From the NCBI GenBank assembly GCA_041650805.1, contig JBAZKM010000012.1, forward strand, positions 1 to 61,824: 61,824 nt of DNA, in the 5' to 3' direction. A program made the translations under genes and the position numbers. The notes under the pieces were generated by a model. That model saw nothing but the letters and a program-made list of their open reading frames with translations, was not told the DNA's origin and made no database searches. The stretch is from Candidatus Omnitrophota bacterium. Lineage in GTDB: Bacteria; Omnitrophota; Gorgyraeia; 2-01-FULL-45-10. Below are positions 47,770 to 55,865 of this stretch, in pieces; within the stretch, counting starts at the first letter, position 1, and each line of letters opens with the position of its first letter.

Positions 47770-48513
47770 ATGGATCCCGGAGATATCGCCATGTCCGAAC
47801 GCGTAAAGAGCCCGACCTCCGTCATAATCCCTGCCTATAATGAAGAGCCGACGATCAGGCAGGTCATCAGCGGCTTATTGGATGAGCGGCGGTATCCAGA
47901 GATCATAGTGGTCGATGACAGCTCTTCCGATAAGACCGGCTTTCTGGCAGAGGAGCTCCGGGTCAAGGTCATCAGGCATGAGACGAGGAGAGGATATGGC
48001 GCGGCGCTTAAGACGGGTATAAAATATGCGCGCGGCGATATCATCATAATTCTTGATGCCGATGATACATACTCCCCCGGTGACATCAAACGGTTGCTGA
48101 AATCCTTTGAGGCCGGAGGGTATGATATGGTGGTGGGGGTGCGCGACCTCGGTCATTTTCCTTTTTATCAAAAGTTCGCCAAAGGGTTCGTCACCTCGGT
48201 AATGGCGGCTATATTCAGGCAGAAGGTCCCCGATATCAATTCCGGGCTGAGAGTTATGAAGCGGGAGGTCGTGGAGAAGTACCTATCTGTGCTATCCGAC
48301 GGTTTCTCGTTCACGGCGAGCAGTACGTTGGCAATGCTCCTGGGCCGGCATAAGATAGGATATGTCGAGGTCGGCTATTCGGGAAGGGCCGGGAGATCCA
48401 ACGTGGAGATAGCCGCTTACACCATAAACTTTATCAGGAGTTACTGGCGGGTCATCTATCGTCTCAAGATCGCCGCTAAGCTATCCCGGGGGAGGGGAGG
48501 GATGCGTGTTTAA
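47770..48513 (+). CDS. GT2 glycosyltransferase (DPM-like)
   Basis: SVIIPAYNEE, VVDDSSSDKT, RGYGAALKTG, LDADDTY, DINSGLR. Confidence 0.9.
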   Translation: MDPGDIAMSERVKSPTSVIIPAYNEEPTIRQVISGLLDERRYPEIIVVDDSSSDKTGFLAEELRVKVIRHETRRGYGAALKTGIKYARGDIIIILDADDTYSPGDIKRLLKSFEAGGYDMVVGVRDLGHFPFYQKFAKGFVTSVMAAIFRQKVPDINSGLRVMKREVVEKYLSVLSDGFSFTASSTLAMLLGRHKIGYVEVGYSGRAGRSNVEIAAYTINFIRSYWRVIYRLKIAAKLSRGRGGMRV

Positions 48514-49423
48514 CAGGGTCTCTCTGGCTACTCTTAAGAGAAAGAGGATGCGCCGTTCCATGAGGAGATTCCTCAGGGCAAGGTATGAGTCGGTGGATAT
48601 GAGGCACCTTGATGCCGGGATGATCTTTGCCCACCGGGTGCTAAAAGGTTTGTATAGAAGTTTTGACCCCGGGAATAAGTGCTTCGATGTCGTCTCCATC
48701 CAGACGAAGACAGGTTGTAATTATAGCTGCCCATTCTGCCCGGGCAATAAACCGGGCCGGGGCCTATACGGCGGGGCGCCGCCGGGAGCAGAGATGGATC
48801 CCGCAATCCTTAAGGATATCGCCGGGCAGTTGTCAAGATCGGGATTCAGGGGGAGGATCTCGCCCGATCTCTTGAACGAACCCCTGATGGATGAAAGGCT
48901 GGTCGAGTTCGTCTCTATACTGAAGAGAGGATGTCCCCGCGCATTCTTGTTCATTCAAACGAACGGTTCATTGCTGGACAGGAGCCTGATCATGGAGCTC
49001 ATCGACGCGGGGATGGATGAGATATACGTCAATGATTATACGGAAGGGCATGTAGTATTGGACCGTCTGGCGAGTATGCCTCTGGGTAAGGGTTATCGGG
49101 CGCATATCACCCCGGAGGGCCGTTCTTTCAAAGAGCGGTTGTCGAACCGGGCCGGCAATGTCGGCATATATCCCGTCCCCGGCGAACCGCTCAGGATCCC
49201 GTGTATTAAACCGTTCAGGCAGATCTCCATAGCTTATGACGGTAAAGCGATACTATGCTGCCAGGATTGGCAATTTTCTCAGGTAATGGGGGACCTCTCC
49301 GGTGAGACGCTTCTGGGTATATGGGCCGGCGAGAAGTATGTAAGGGTCAGGAACGGTCTATTGAACTCTGACCGGGCGAATAACGCTCTTTGCGCCCGGT
49401 GCGATTTCAGCGGGTTATGGTGA
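48506..49423 (+). CDS. Radical SAM protein with SPASM/twitch-like C-terminal domain
   Basis: CNYSCPFC (CxxxCxxC), NEPL, TNGSLL, NRAGN, CIKPF...DG..ILCCQD, CARC. Confidence 0.92.
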   Translation: MFNRVSLATLKRKRMRRSMRRFLRARYESVDMRHLDAGMIFAHRVLKGLYRSFDPGNKCFDVVSIQTKTGCNYSCPFCPGNKPGRGLYGGAPPGAEMDPAILKDIAGQLSRSGFRGRISPDLLNEPLMDERLVEFVSILKRGCPRAFLFIQTNGSLLDRSLIMELIDAGMDEIYVNDYTEGHVVLDRLASMPLGKGYRAHITPEGRSFKERLSNRAGNVGIYPVPGEPLRIPCIKPFRQISIAYDGKAILCCQDWQFSQVMGDLSGETLLGIWAGEKYVRVRNGLLNSDRANNALCARCDFSGLW

Positions 49424-50973
49424 TGGCAAAAAAAGACGGTGTCGATAATGTCCGGTTGATGCTGGGCCTGTGCCTTGTGCTCGGTTTAGCGCTCTCTCTA
49501 TTTCTCTTCAGGCGCGATGCTTTCGTCTCAACGGATGGTTGTGCGTATGTTTTACTCGGAAAGAACCTCGCAAGCGGCCTCGGGTATACTTCATGGGGAG
49601 GCCCGCACCTGTGGTTCCCGCCGGGCTACCCTTTGGCGATAGGTGCTTTTTATCTCATCACGGGCGACCCGGAATTGGCCGCTCACGCGGTCTCCATTGT
49701 ATCTTTCCTGATCTCCACGCTCTTACTCTTCAGGCTGTCCAGTATGGTGTATGGCCGGTCCGCGGCCCTGCTTGCGGTCATCCTTTTCATGGTGAATAGG
49801 TCCGTACTGGAAAATTCGCACGCGACCATGGCTCATTCCCTGGATATGGCCCTCGTGACCGCAGCCGCCTGTCTTGCCGCTACCATCATAAATAAGAATG
49901 GGCCGGCTTTCAGGTATTTTGTCCTGCTGGGCATCGTCCTGGCGGGGGCCAGCCTGAACCGTCCTGAAAACATAATTTTATCCGTAGCCGTTGTATCTTG
50001 CCTTCTTTTTCAGACAGGCGGCCGTCTCCTCAGGAGGCTGGCCGCCTTTTCCTGCCTGATATTGGCCTTCGGCATCACCGTATTTCCTTATGTCAATTTT
50101 ATCCATAGGCATACCGGCGAATGGACCCTTACCGCTAAGGTCACAAATTTGCAGCATTATGAGTACCTCTATTCCAATGATCCCCTGGGCAGGGAGAAGA
50201 TGACCAAAGCCCGCGTTTCCGACTTTGACCTTTTGAGATACATAAAGAAAGAGAAGGAGGCGCTCGCGGCGAGATATCTTCAGGGCGCGAAGCAGCTGCC
50301 CGGTGTCCTGAGCGGTATTCTGTTCGGAGCGCCCGGGTTTCTTTTAATATGCCTGGGATTGTTCTGGCAGAAGCTGGACAAGGACAAACTTAAGGTCCAG
50401 GTGCTGCTATTATCCTGCCTCTCTCCCCTGGTGATCGTACCTTTCGGCAATATGAGGGTGAGATATTTTTTGAGCGTCGTGCCGGTATTCATGGTATGGA
50501 TGGGCAGGGGCCTGGAGAACGTTTATCTGCTTATGAAGGGGCGCCTCAAATGTCCCGTCAGGCAATCTGCGGCGGTCGTTTGCTGCGTTGTGGTACTGCT
50601 CGCCCTGCCTACGGCCAGGTTCTTATTTTTCGGCAAAAATACCGGCCTCGCGTATGAACATAAAGAGATGGGGTTATGGATGAAAGATAATATCGAGGGG
50701 ATTGAGAGCAGGAAGATAGCTTCCAGGAAGCCCTGGGTCCCGTTCTATTCGGGCGGGGCGCGCGAGGGCATACCATTCAGCAAGGACGATAAGAGCCTGC
50801 CGTCATATTTAAGGAGCAGAGGCATCGATTACCTGATAATCGATGAAAGGTTCACCTCGGGTGTCCGTCCGCTTCTGCGTCCGCTTCTCGACGATGCCGG
50901 GAGACACGACGGGTTGAGCAGGGTGCACGTGATCAGGGAACCAAAGAAAATAGTCCTATATAAGGTAGAATGA
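49423..50973 (+). CDS. GT-C membrane glycosyltransferase (family 39-like)
   Basis: DGCAY...NL..G.G, FPPGYP, LNRPE, RYFLS; ATG 49423 overlaps the upstream TGA. Confidence 0.78.
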   Translation: MAKKDGVDNVRLMLGLCLVLGLALSLFLFRRDAFVSTDGCAYVLLGKNLASGLGYTSWGGPHLWFPPGYPLAIGAFYLITGDPELAAHAVSIVSFLISTLLLFRLSSMVYGRSAALLAVILFMVNRSVLENSHATMAHSLDMALVTAAACLAATIINKNGPAFRYFVLLGIVLAGASLNRPENIILSVAVVSCLLFQTGGRLLRRLAAFSCLILAFGITVFPYVNFIHRHTGEWTLTAKVTNLQHYEYLYSNDPLGREKMTKARVSDFDLLRYIKKEKEALAARYLQGAKQLPGVLSGILFGAPGFLLICLGLFWQKLDKDKLKVQVLLLSCLSPLVIVPFGNMRVRYFLSVVPVFMVWMGRGLENVYLLMKGRLKCPVRQSAAVVCCVVVLLALPTARFLFFGKNTGLAYEHKEMGLWMKDNIEGIESRKIASRKPWVPFYSGGAREGIPFSKDDKSLPSYLRSRGIDYLIIDERFTSGVRPLLRPLLDDAGRHDGLSRVHVIREPKKIVLYKVE

Positions 50974-51013
50974 GGTAAAATAATGGATAAAAGAAAGGTA
51001 AAGGAGATGATAG

Positions 51014-51370
51014 ATGCATAAATTGGTAATTACGACATTGATGCTCGCAGGAAGCAATGTATTCATGACGTTCGCGTGGTATGGTCACCTGAAGAATTAT
51101 AACCACAAACCCTGGATCGTAGCGGCCATCATAAGCTGGGGCATTGCGTTATTTGAGTACCTGATACAGGTCCCGGCCAACAGGATAGGCCATCAGGTTT
51201 TGAACCTGGGACAGCTTAAGATCCTCCAGGAGGTCATAACGCTCTCCATCTTTGTGCCTTTTTCGCTATTTTACATGAAGGAAGGCCTGAAACAGGATTA
51301 TCTGTGGGCGGCGGTCTTCATAATGCTGGCGGCCTTCTTCATGTTCCGCGGATTATTCGTTAGTAATTAG
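51014..51370 (+). CDS. DMT-family small membrane protein (DUF486-like)
   Basis: SNVFMTFAWYGHLK, SWGIALFEY..QVPANRIG, QLKILQEVITL. Confidence 0.85.
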   Translation: MHKLVITTLMLAGSNVFMTFAWYGHLKNYNHKPWIVAAIISWGIALFEYLIQVPANRIGHQVLNLGQLKILQEVITLSIFVPFSLFYMKEGLKQDYLWAAVFIMLAAFFMFRGLFVSN

Positions 51371-51418
51371 CAGGGATAGCGCCCGGGAGAGACGATGCAA
51401 CGCTGAAAGGCGGTTTAA

Positions 51419-51892
51419 ATGGGCTGGAAAGAGCGCGTCAGGAAAGACCTGTACTGGCTGGGCGGTATTACGCTCGCCGCCATATGGTATATCTTCGCAG
51501 AAGGATGGCTGATCCTGATGGTCAGGATATTCGGCTTTTCGCTTTCGACGGTGATAGTCACGCTCATATTGATAATACTATCGTGGTTTGTGATCTACGT
51601 CGCATCGGGCGCCGGGAATATCGGCCGTTTCCGGGAATGGCTTAAGGAGAAAGAGGATAGCATTTCGCCCGGGGCTAAGACGGCTGTGGGCGGCGGCAAG
51701 GTATTGGCGGTGCTCAACACCGCTGTGTTCCTGGGGCCGATGGTCTCCGCGGTCCTCATGCTCATGCTGGGCACAGGGAGAAATAAGGCCTATCTCTATT
51801 CCGTCTTCTGCGCTTTTCTATGCGCGGTCGTATGGTGCGGATTTTACTCCGGGATATTCTGGGAGATACAGAGGATCTTCGCCGGGTCATAG
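51419..51892 (+). CDS. Hypothetical membrane protein
   Basis: 157 aa with about 4 hydrophobic segments; fits the operon; no family recognised. Confidence 0.65.
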   Translation: MGWKERVRKDLYWLGGITLAAIWYIFAEGWLILMVRIFGFSLSTVIVTLILIILSWFVIYVASGAGNIGRFREWLKEKEDSISPGAKTAVGGGKVLAVLNTAVFLGPMVSAVLMLMLGTGRNKAYLYSVFCAFLCAVVWCGFYSGIFWEIQRIFAGS

Positions 51893-51900
51893 GCGTATAT

Positions 51901-52197
51901 ATGAAAGCCAAATTCAAGCGTTCGGGCAGGTTCTATGTATATATCGTGGAATGCCGGGACGGGACGTATTATACGGGATATACCCCGGATATTGAAAATA
52001 GGATAAAGCTCCATAACGCGGGCAGGGGAGCCAAGTATACGCGGGACAGGCGGCCCGTGGAGCTGATATGGAAGAAAGAGTATAAACACTTTAAGAGGGC
52101 TTTCCTGGAAGAGAAAAGGATAAAAGGCCTGACTAGAGCGCAGAAAGAGGAACTGATGGGAAAACGTCTTAAGCGACGAAGGGGTCCCTCATTGTGA
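51901..52197 (+). CDS. Small GIY-YIG nuclease (UPF0213/YazA-like)
   Basis: FYVYIVECRDGTYYTGYT, R...HN.G.GAKYTR.RRPV, E..IK.L; start moved to ATG 51901. Confidence 0.9.
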   Translation: MKAKFKRSGRFYVYIVECRDGTYYTGYTPDIENRIKLHNAGRGAKYTRDRRPVELIWKKEYKHFKRAFLEEKRIKGLTRAQKEELMGKRLKRRRGPSL

Positions 52198-53669
52198 TAC
52201 CGATCGACACAGTCTTATTATGGGTTGCGGTATTGATCTTCGTGAGCGTCGTATCGAGTAAGCTCTCGGATCGATTCGCCATACCTGTACTATTGTTATT
52301 CTTAGGGATAGGGATGCTTGCCGGCTCGGAAGGGATAGGCAGGATCTATTTTGACAACGCGCAGCTGGCGAAATCCATCGGCGTCGTCGCCCTTATCTTT
52401 ATCATCTTTTCCGGAGGTTTTGATACTAATTGGAAAGATACCAAATCGGTTGTTTGGCCAGGTGTCATACTTTCAACGCTCGGAGTTTTGCTGACCGCTG
52501 TTATAACCGGATGTTTTGCCATATATATACTGAAGTTCTCTTTTCTTCAAGGGATGCTTCTGGGATCCATCGTTTCTTCGACAGATGCCGCCGCAGTATT
52601 CAGCATTTTAAGGTCAAAACGAATAAGCCTGAAGAGCCCTTTAAAGGCGTTGCTTGAATTCGAATCGGGAAGTAACGATCCGATGGCTGTTTTTTTGACA
52701 GTCGGCTTTATCAGCATGCTGACAGTGAAAGGCATGGGCATTGCCGCATTGATCCCCAGATTCGTGATGGATATGGGGATAGGTGCTCTTGCAGGTTACT
52801 TAATGGCAAGATTTATTGTATTGCTCATTAACCGTCTGAAGCTGGAATATGAAGGGCTTTATCCGGTTATAATGATTTCGCTTGTTCTGCTTACGTATGC
52901 GATCGCCGTTTTTCTGAAGGGCAACGGGTTCCTCGCGGTCTATATCGCAGGTTTGATGCTGGGTCAGGCGGAGTTTCCAAATAAAAGAATGATCATGAAA
53001 TTCCATGATGGGTTAGCGTGGCTTATGCAAATCGTTATGTTCGTGACGTTGGGCTTACTCGTTTTCCCTTCGCACATCGTCCCGTTAATGGGGGCAGGAT
53101 CATTGCTTACGCTCCTTCTCATGGTGGTTGCTCGCCCTGTTAGTGTGTTACTATGCCTGTTGCCGTTTAAGATGAATATATGGAAAAAGGCACTGATATC
53201 CTGGGTTGGATTGAGGGGATCGGTGCCTATCATCCTGGCAACATTCCCTTTTATGGCAGGCATCCCGCAGGCAGACACCATTTTTAATGTCGTATTTTTT
53301 GTCGTATTTGCGTCTGTTCTGATCCAGGGGACATCCATACCGGTCGTTTCAAGGATATTAAGGCTGGATGTGCCGTTGGCCTACAGGAGACAATATCCGA
53401 TCGAATTTGAAAAGACGGCGGCTATTGATGCGGAATTGACGGAAGCCATCGTCCCATACGATTCAGAAGCGGCAGGTAAGAGGATCGGCGAGTTAAACGT
53501 ACCCGAAAAGTGCCTTATAATGCTTATTTCCCGGGAAGAAAAATTTATAATACCGTCCGGATCCGTGGTTATAGAGGGTGGCGATGTCCTGCTGGTGCTT
53601 GCAAATGCCGCGGATTTTTCTGCTTTTCAAAAAATACTGGCACGGCTTAAGAAAGCAGCTGACGTTTAA
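52194..53669 (+). CDS. cvrA: Potassium/proton antiporter (CPA1, NhaP2/CvrA) with C-terminal RCK_C domain
   Basis: GMLAGSEG.G.I.FDN, SSTDAAAVFS, LEFESGSNDP, WVGLRGSVPI. Confidence 0.92.
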   Translation: MIPIDTVLLWVAVLIFVSVVSSKLSDRFAIPVLLLFLGIGMLAGSEGIGRIYFDNAQLAKSIGVVALIFIIFSGGFDTNWKDTKSVVWPGVILSTLGVLLTAVITGCFAIYILKFSFLQGMLLGSIVSSTDAAAVFSILRSKRISLKSPLKALLEFESGSNDPMAVFLTVGFISMLTVKGMGIAALIPRFVMDMGIGALAGYLMARFIVLLINRLKLEYEGLYPVIMISLVLLTYAIAVFLKGNGFLAVYIAGLMLGQAEFPNKRMIMKFHDGLAWLMQIVMFVTLGLLVFPSHIVPLMGAGSLLTLLLMVVARPVSVLLCLLPFKMNIWKKALISWVGLRGSVPIILATFPFMAGIPQADTIFNVVFFVVFASVLIQGTSIPVVSRILRLDVPLAYRRQYPIEFEKTAAIDAELTEAIVPYDSEAAGKRIGELNVPEKCLIMLISREEKFIIPSGSVVIEGGDVLLVLANAADFSAFQKILARLKKAADV

Positions 53670-53680
53670 ACGTCAGCTGC
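53655..53680. repeat. Perfect 26-bp palindrome with no loop, spanning the cvrA stop codon
   Basis: gcagctgacgttt|aaacgtcagctgc is its own reverse complement. Confidence 0.95.
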
Positions 53681-53737
53681 ATTGTGGATAACTTCTATGA
53701 TCCGGGTGATCGGAGAGAAATAAACGGGAGGATAGCA

Positions 53738-54499
53738 ATGAAGCAATGGTATGAATCATTATTTGAAAATTACGCACAAAAATATGATAAAGAATGTTAC
53801 GTTCAAGGGACACTCGGGGAATGCGATTTTATCGAACAGGAGTTAGGGCATAACAAAAATGTAAGAATACTTGATGTCGGATGCGGAACAGGCAGGCATT
53901 CGATCGAACTTACGAAAAGGGGATACAACGTTACCGGCGTTGACCTTTCCGGGAATCAGATAAAAAGGGCAAGGGAAAAGGCGCGGGAAGCAGGGGTGGC
54001 CATCGATTTCCAAATACAGGATGCGCGCGATCTTTCGTTCGACGGTGAATTCGATCTGGCGATCATGTTATGTGAAGGCGGATTCTCTCTTATGGAAACA
54101 GATGAGATGAATTTTGAGATACTAAGGAACGCCACAAAATCGCTGAAAGATAAAGGTATGTTCATTTTCACCACATTAAACGGGTTGTTCCCGCTGTTCC
54201 ATTCGGTCAGTGAATTCTATAAGTCGGCGCAGAAAGAAAGCCAATCCCAGTGCAAGGAGTGCTCCTTTGATCTGATGACTTTCCGAGACCATAATACAAC
54301 AGTTATTGAAGATGACTCCGGCAATAAAATAGAACTCAAAAGCAATGAGCGCTATTATGTGCCCAGTGAGATAAGGTGGCTTTTAAAGACGCTGGGATAT
54401 AAAAGAATAGACATCTTTGGCGCAAAGCTTGGGGCGTATTCAAGAAACGACAAACTGGCCACTGACGATTTCGAAATGCTCGTTGTCGCGAAGAAGTAG
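53738..54499 (+). CDS. Class I SAM-dependent methyltransferase
   Basis: ILDVGCGTGRH, VTGVDLS, QDARDL; GGAGG before ATG 53738. Confidence 0.92.
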   Translation: MKQWYESLFENYAQKYDKECYVQGTLGECDFIEQELGHNKNVRILDVGCGTGRHSIELTKRGYNVTGVDLSGNQIKRAREKAREAGVAIDFQIQDARDLSFDGEFDLAIMLCEGGFSLMETDEMNFEILRNATKSLKDKGMFIFTTLNGLFPLFHSVSEFYKSAQKESQSQCKECSFDLMTFRDHNTTVIEDDSGNKIELKSNERYYVPSEIRWLLKTLGYKRIDIFGAKLGAYSRNDKLATDDFEMLVVAKK

Positions 54500-54510
54500 C
54501 GGAACGTAAG

Positions 54511-54530
54511 ATCAAAACTTTCGGATGGCC
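54511..54530 (+). pseudogene. Possible degenerate relic of the miaB 5' end (IKTFGW)
   Basis: atcaaaactttcggatgg = IKTFGW versus miaB IRTFGC and relic IKTFGC; short, so chance is not excluded. Confidence 0.4.
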
Positions 54531-54655
54531 GTTGGTTACAGTATTACATACTGATCGTACATTTTCTGGACGACGTATATAATAGTGTTTAGTGCTTCAG
54601 ATATAACGAGTTACGAGAATTGAAGGTAGGGGAACCGTACGTAAGTGAAAAATGT

Positions 54656-54757
54656 AGTTACTATACAACATTGGTAATTCACATGTTTGTATAGTAACTT
54701 TTTATTTGACAGAAGTTACCATACAATATACAATACTCTATAGTTTGTATGATAACT
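54656..54757. promoter_or_regulatory. Two tandem inverted-repeat operators (13-18-13 bp)
   Basis: AGTTACTATACAA 54656-68 / TTGTATAGTAACT 54687-99 (perfect); AGTTACCATACAA 54714-26 / TTGTATGATAACT 54745-57 (1 mismatch); period 58 bp. Confidence 0.85.
54706..54734 (+). promoter_or_regulatory. Near-consensus sigma70 promoter of the two-gene cassette
   Basis: TTGACA-17 nt-TACAAT. Confidence 0.8.
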
Positions 54758-54788
54758 ATTTATATGTAAATCCAACGAAGAGGGCGAT

Positions 54789-55106
54789 ATGGCGGCGATA
54801 AAAGGCGTGATGAGGGAAGAGCTTGCAAACTCTCTCCAGATGAAAAAAGACTACGAGAGAGAATTGGCAAAATTGCCCAAGGGGAGCCTTATAAAAAAGA
54901 AAATCAAGGGGCATGAATATTATTACCTCTTAGTGCGTGAAGCCGGCAAGGTAAAGATGAAATATAAAGGCAAGGTATCTGATGATGTCATACAGAAATA
55001 CAAGGAGGTTAAGGAGTACAGGGCAAAATATAGAAAGTTATTATCTCAAGTAAAGAAGCAGATCAGATTCTTAAAAGGAGCTTTACGTGGAAAAGAAGCA
55101 GTATGA
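54789..55106 (+). CDS. Small basic protein, candidate DNA-binding antitoxin/autorepressor
   Basis: 105 aa, Lys/Arg-rich, helix-LPKGSLIKKKIKGHEYYYL..R..GKV..KYKG-helix; overlaps the next gene by 20 nt. Confidence 0.75.
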   Translation: MAAIKGVMREELANSLQMKKDYERELAKLPKGSLIKKKIKGHEYYYLLVREAGKVKMKYKGKVSDDVIQKYKEVKEYRAKYRKLLSQVKKQIRFLKGALRGKEAV

Positions 55107-55770
55107 ATTATGCCTTGCAGTTTTGCGTCGCTTGCGTGATGCCAGCGTGCTGGATGGCATGATAATGATTGGCAGCTGGTGTATCCCTTTCTATGAGGGG
55201 TATTTTGCAGAAGTTAAATATCGTAAAACAATCAGAACAAGGGATGTGGATTTTTTAATCCCGTCTCCCAGTAGTTTCAAAAAAGATGTTAATTTGCCGG
55301 AATTGCTTAAAGATCTCGGCTTTGTAACCGGATATAAAGGATCTAAGGGTTACATAAAGTTAGAGCATCCGGAACTGATGGTGGAGTTTTTAGTGCCGGA
55401 AAGAGGTAAGGGAACGGATGCTCCAATTCAAATACCGCGTTTGGGTATAAATGCAACTGCCTTACGGTATCTTCATTTCTTGTCTGATAATACTATAAAG
55501 GTTAAGGTTGACGATTTCTATCTTACCTTGCCGCATCCCGCCAATTTTGCACTTCATAAGTTGATTATTTTTCAACGCAGACTCAAAGAAGAGAAAGCAG
55601 ATAAAGATAGAAGCGCCGCTATAGAGATATTAAACGCTTTGGCTTCTAAAGGAGATGCTGATTTAGTCAAAGAGGTTTTTGATTCAATGCCGCATAAATG
55701 GCAGATGAAAATTATGAATGCCTTGGCGGAAGCCATGGCAATAGATATACAGAAGATGCTGCAAGTATAA
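55087..55770 (+). CDS. Nucleotidyltransferase-fold protein (GSU2403/NTP_transf_8-like), candidate toxin
   Basis: IGSWC..FY, RTRDVDF (acidic DxD), VEFL.P, P.P..FALHKL..RR..K..KD; AAAGGAG before GTG. Confidence 0.75.
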   Translation: MEKKQYELCLAVLRRLRDASVLDGMIMIGSWCIPFYEGYFAEVKYRKTIRTRDVDFLIPSPSSFKKDVNLPELLKDLGFVTGYKGSKGYIKLEHPELMVEFLVPERGKGTDAPIQIPRLGINATALRYLHFLSDNTIKVKVDDFYLTLPHPANFALHKLIIFQRRLKEEKADKDRSAAIEILNALASKGDADLVKEVFDSMPHKWQMKIMNALAEAMAIDIQKMLQV

Positions 55771-55865
55771 ACATACCATCAGGCTATTCCCAATTAAGAT
55801 GGCGTCTAGGATTAAGAAGGAGTCGGACGTAATTGAAAAGTAGCTTATGTTAGTTGATAAATATT

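Noticed and set aside
51901-52197. GIY-YIG gene as a homing endonuclease or intron marker
   Set aside because: About 98 aa stand-alone UPF0213-type protein with no DNA-binding extension and no interrupted host gene.
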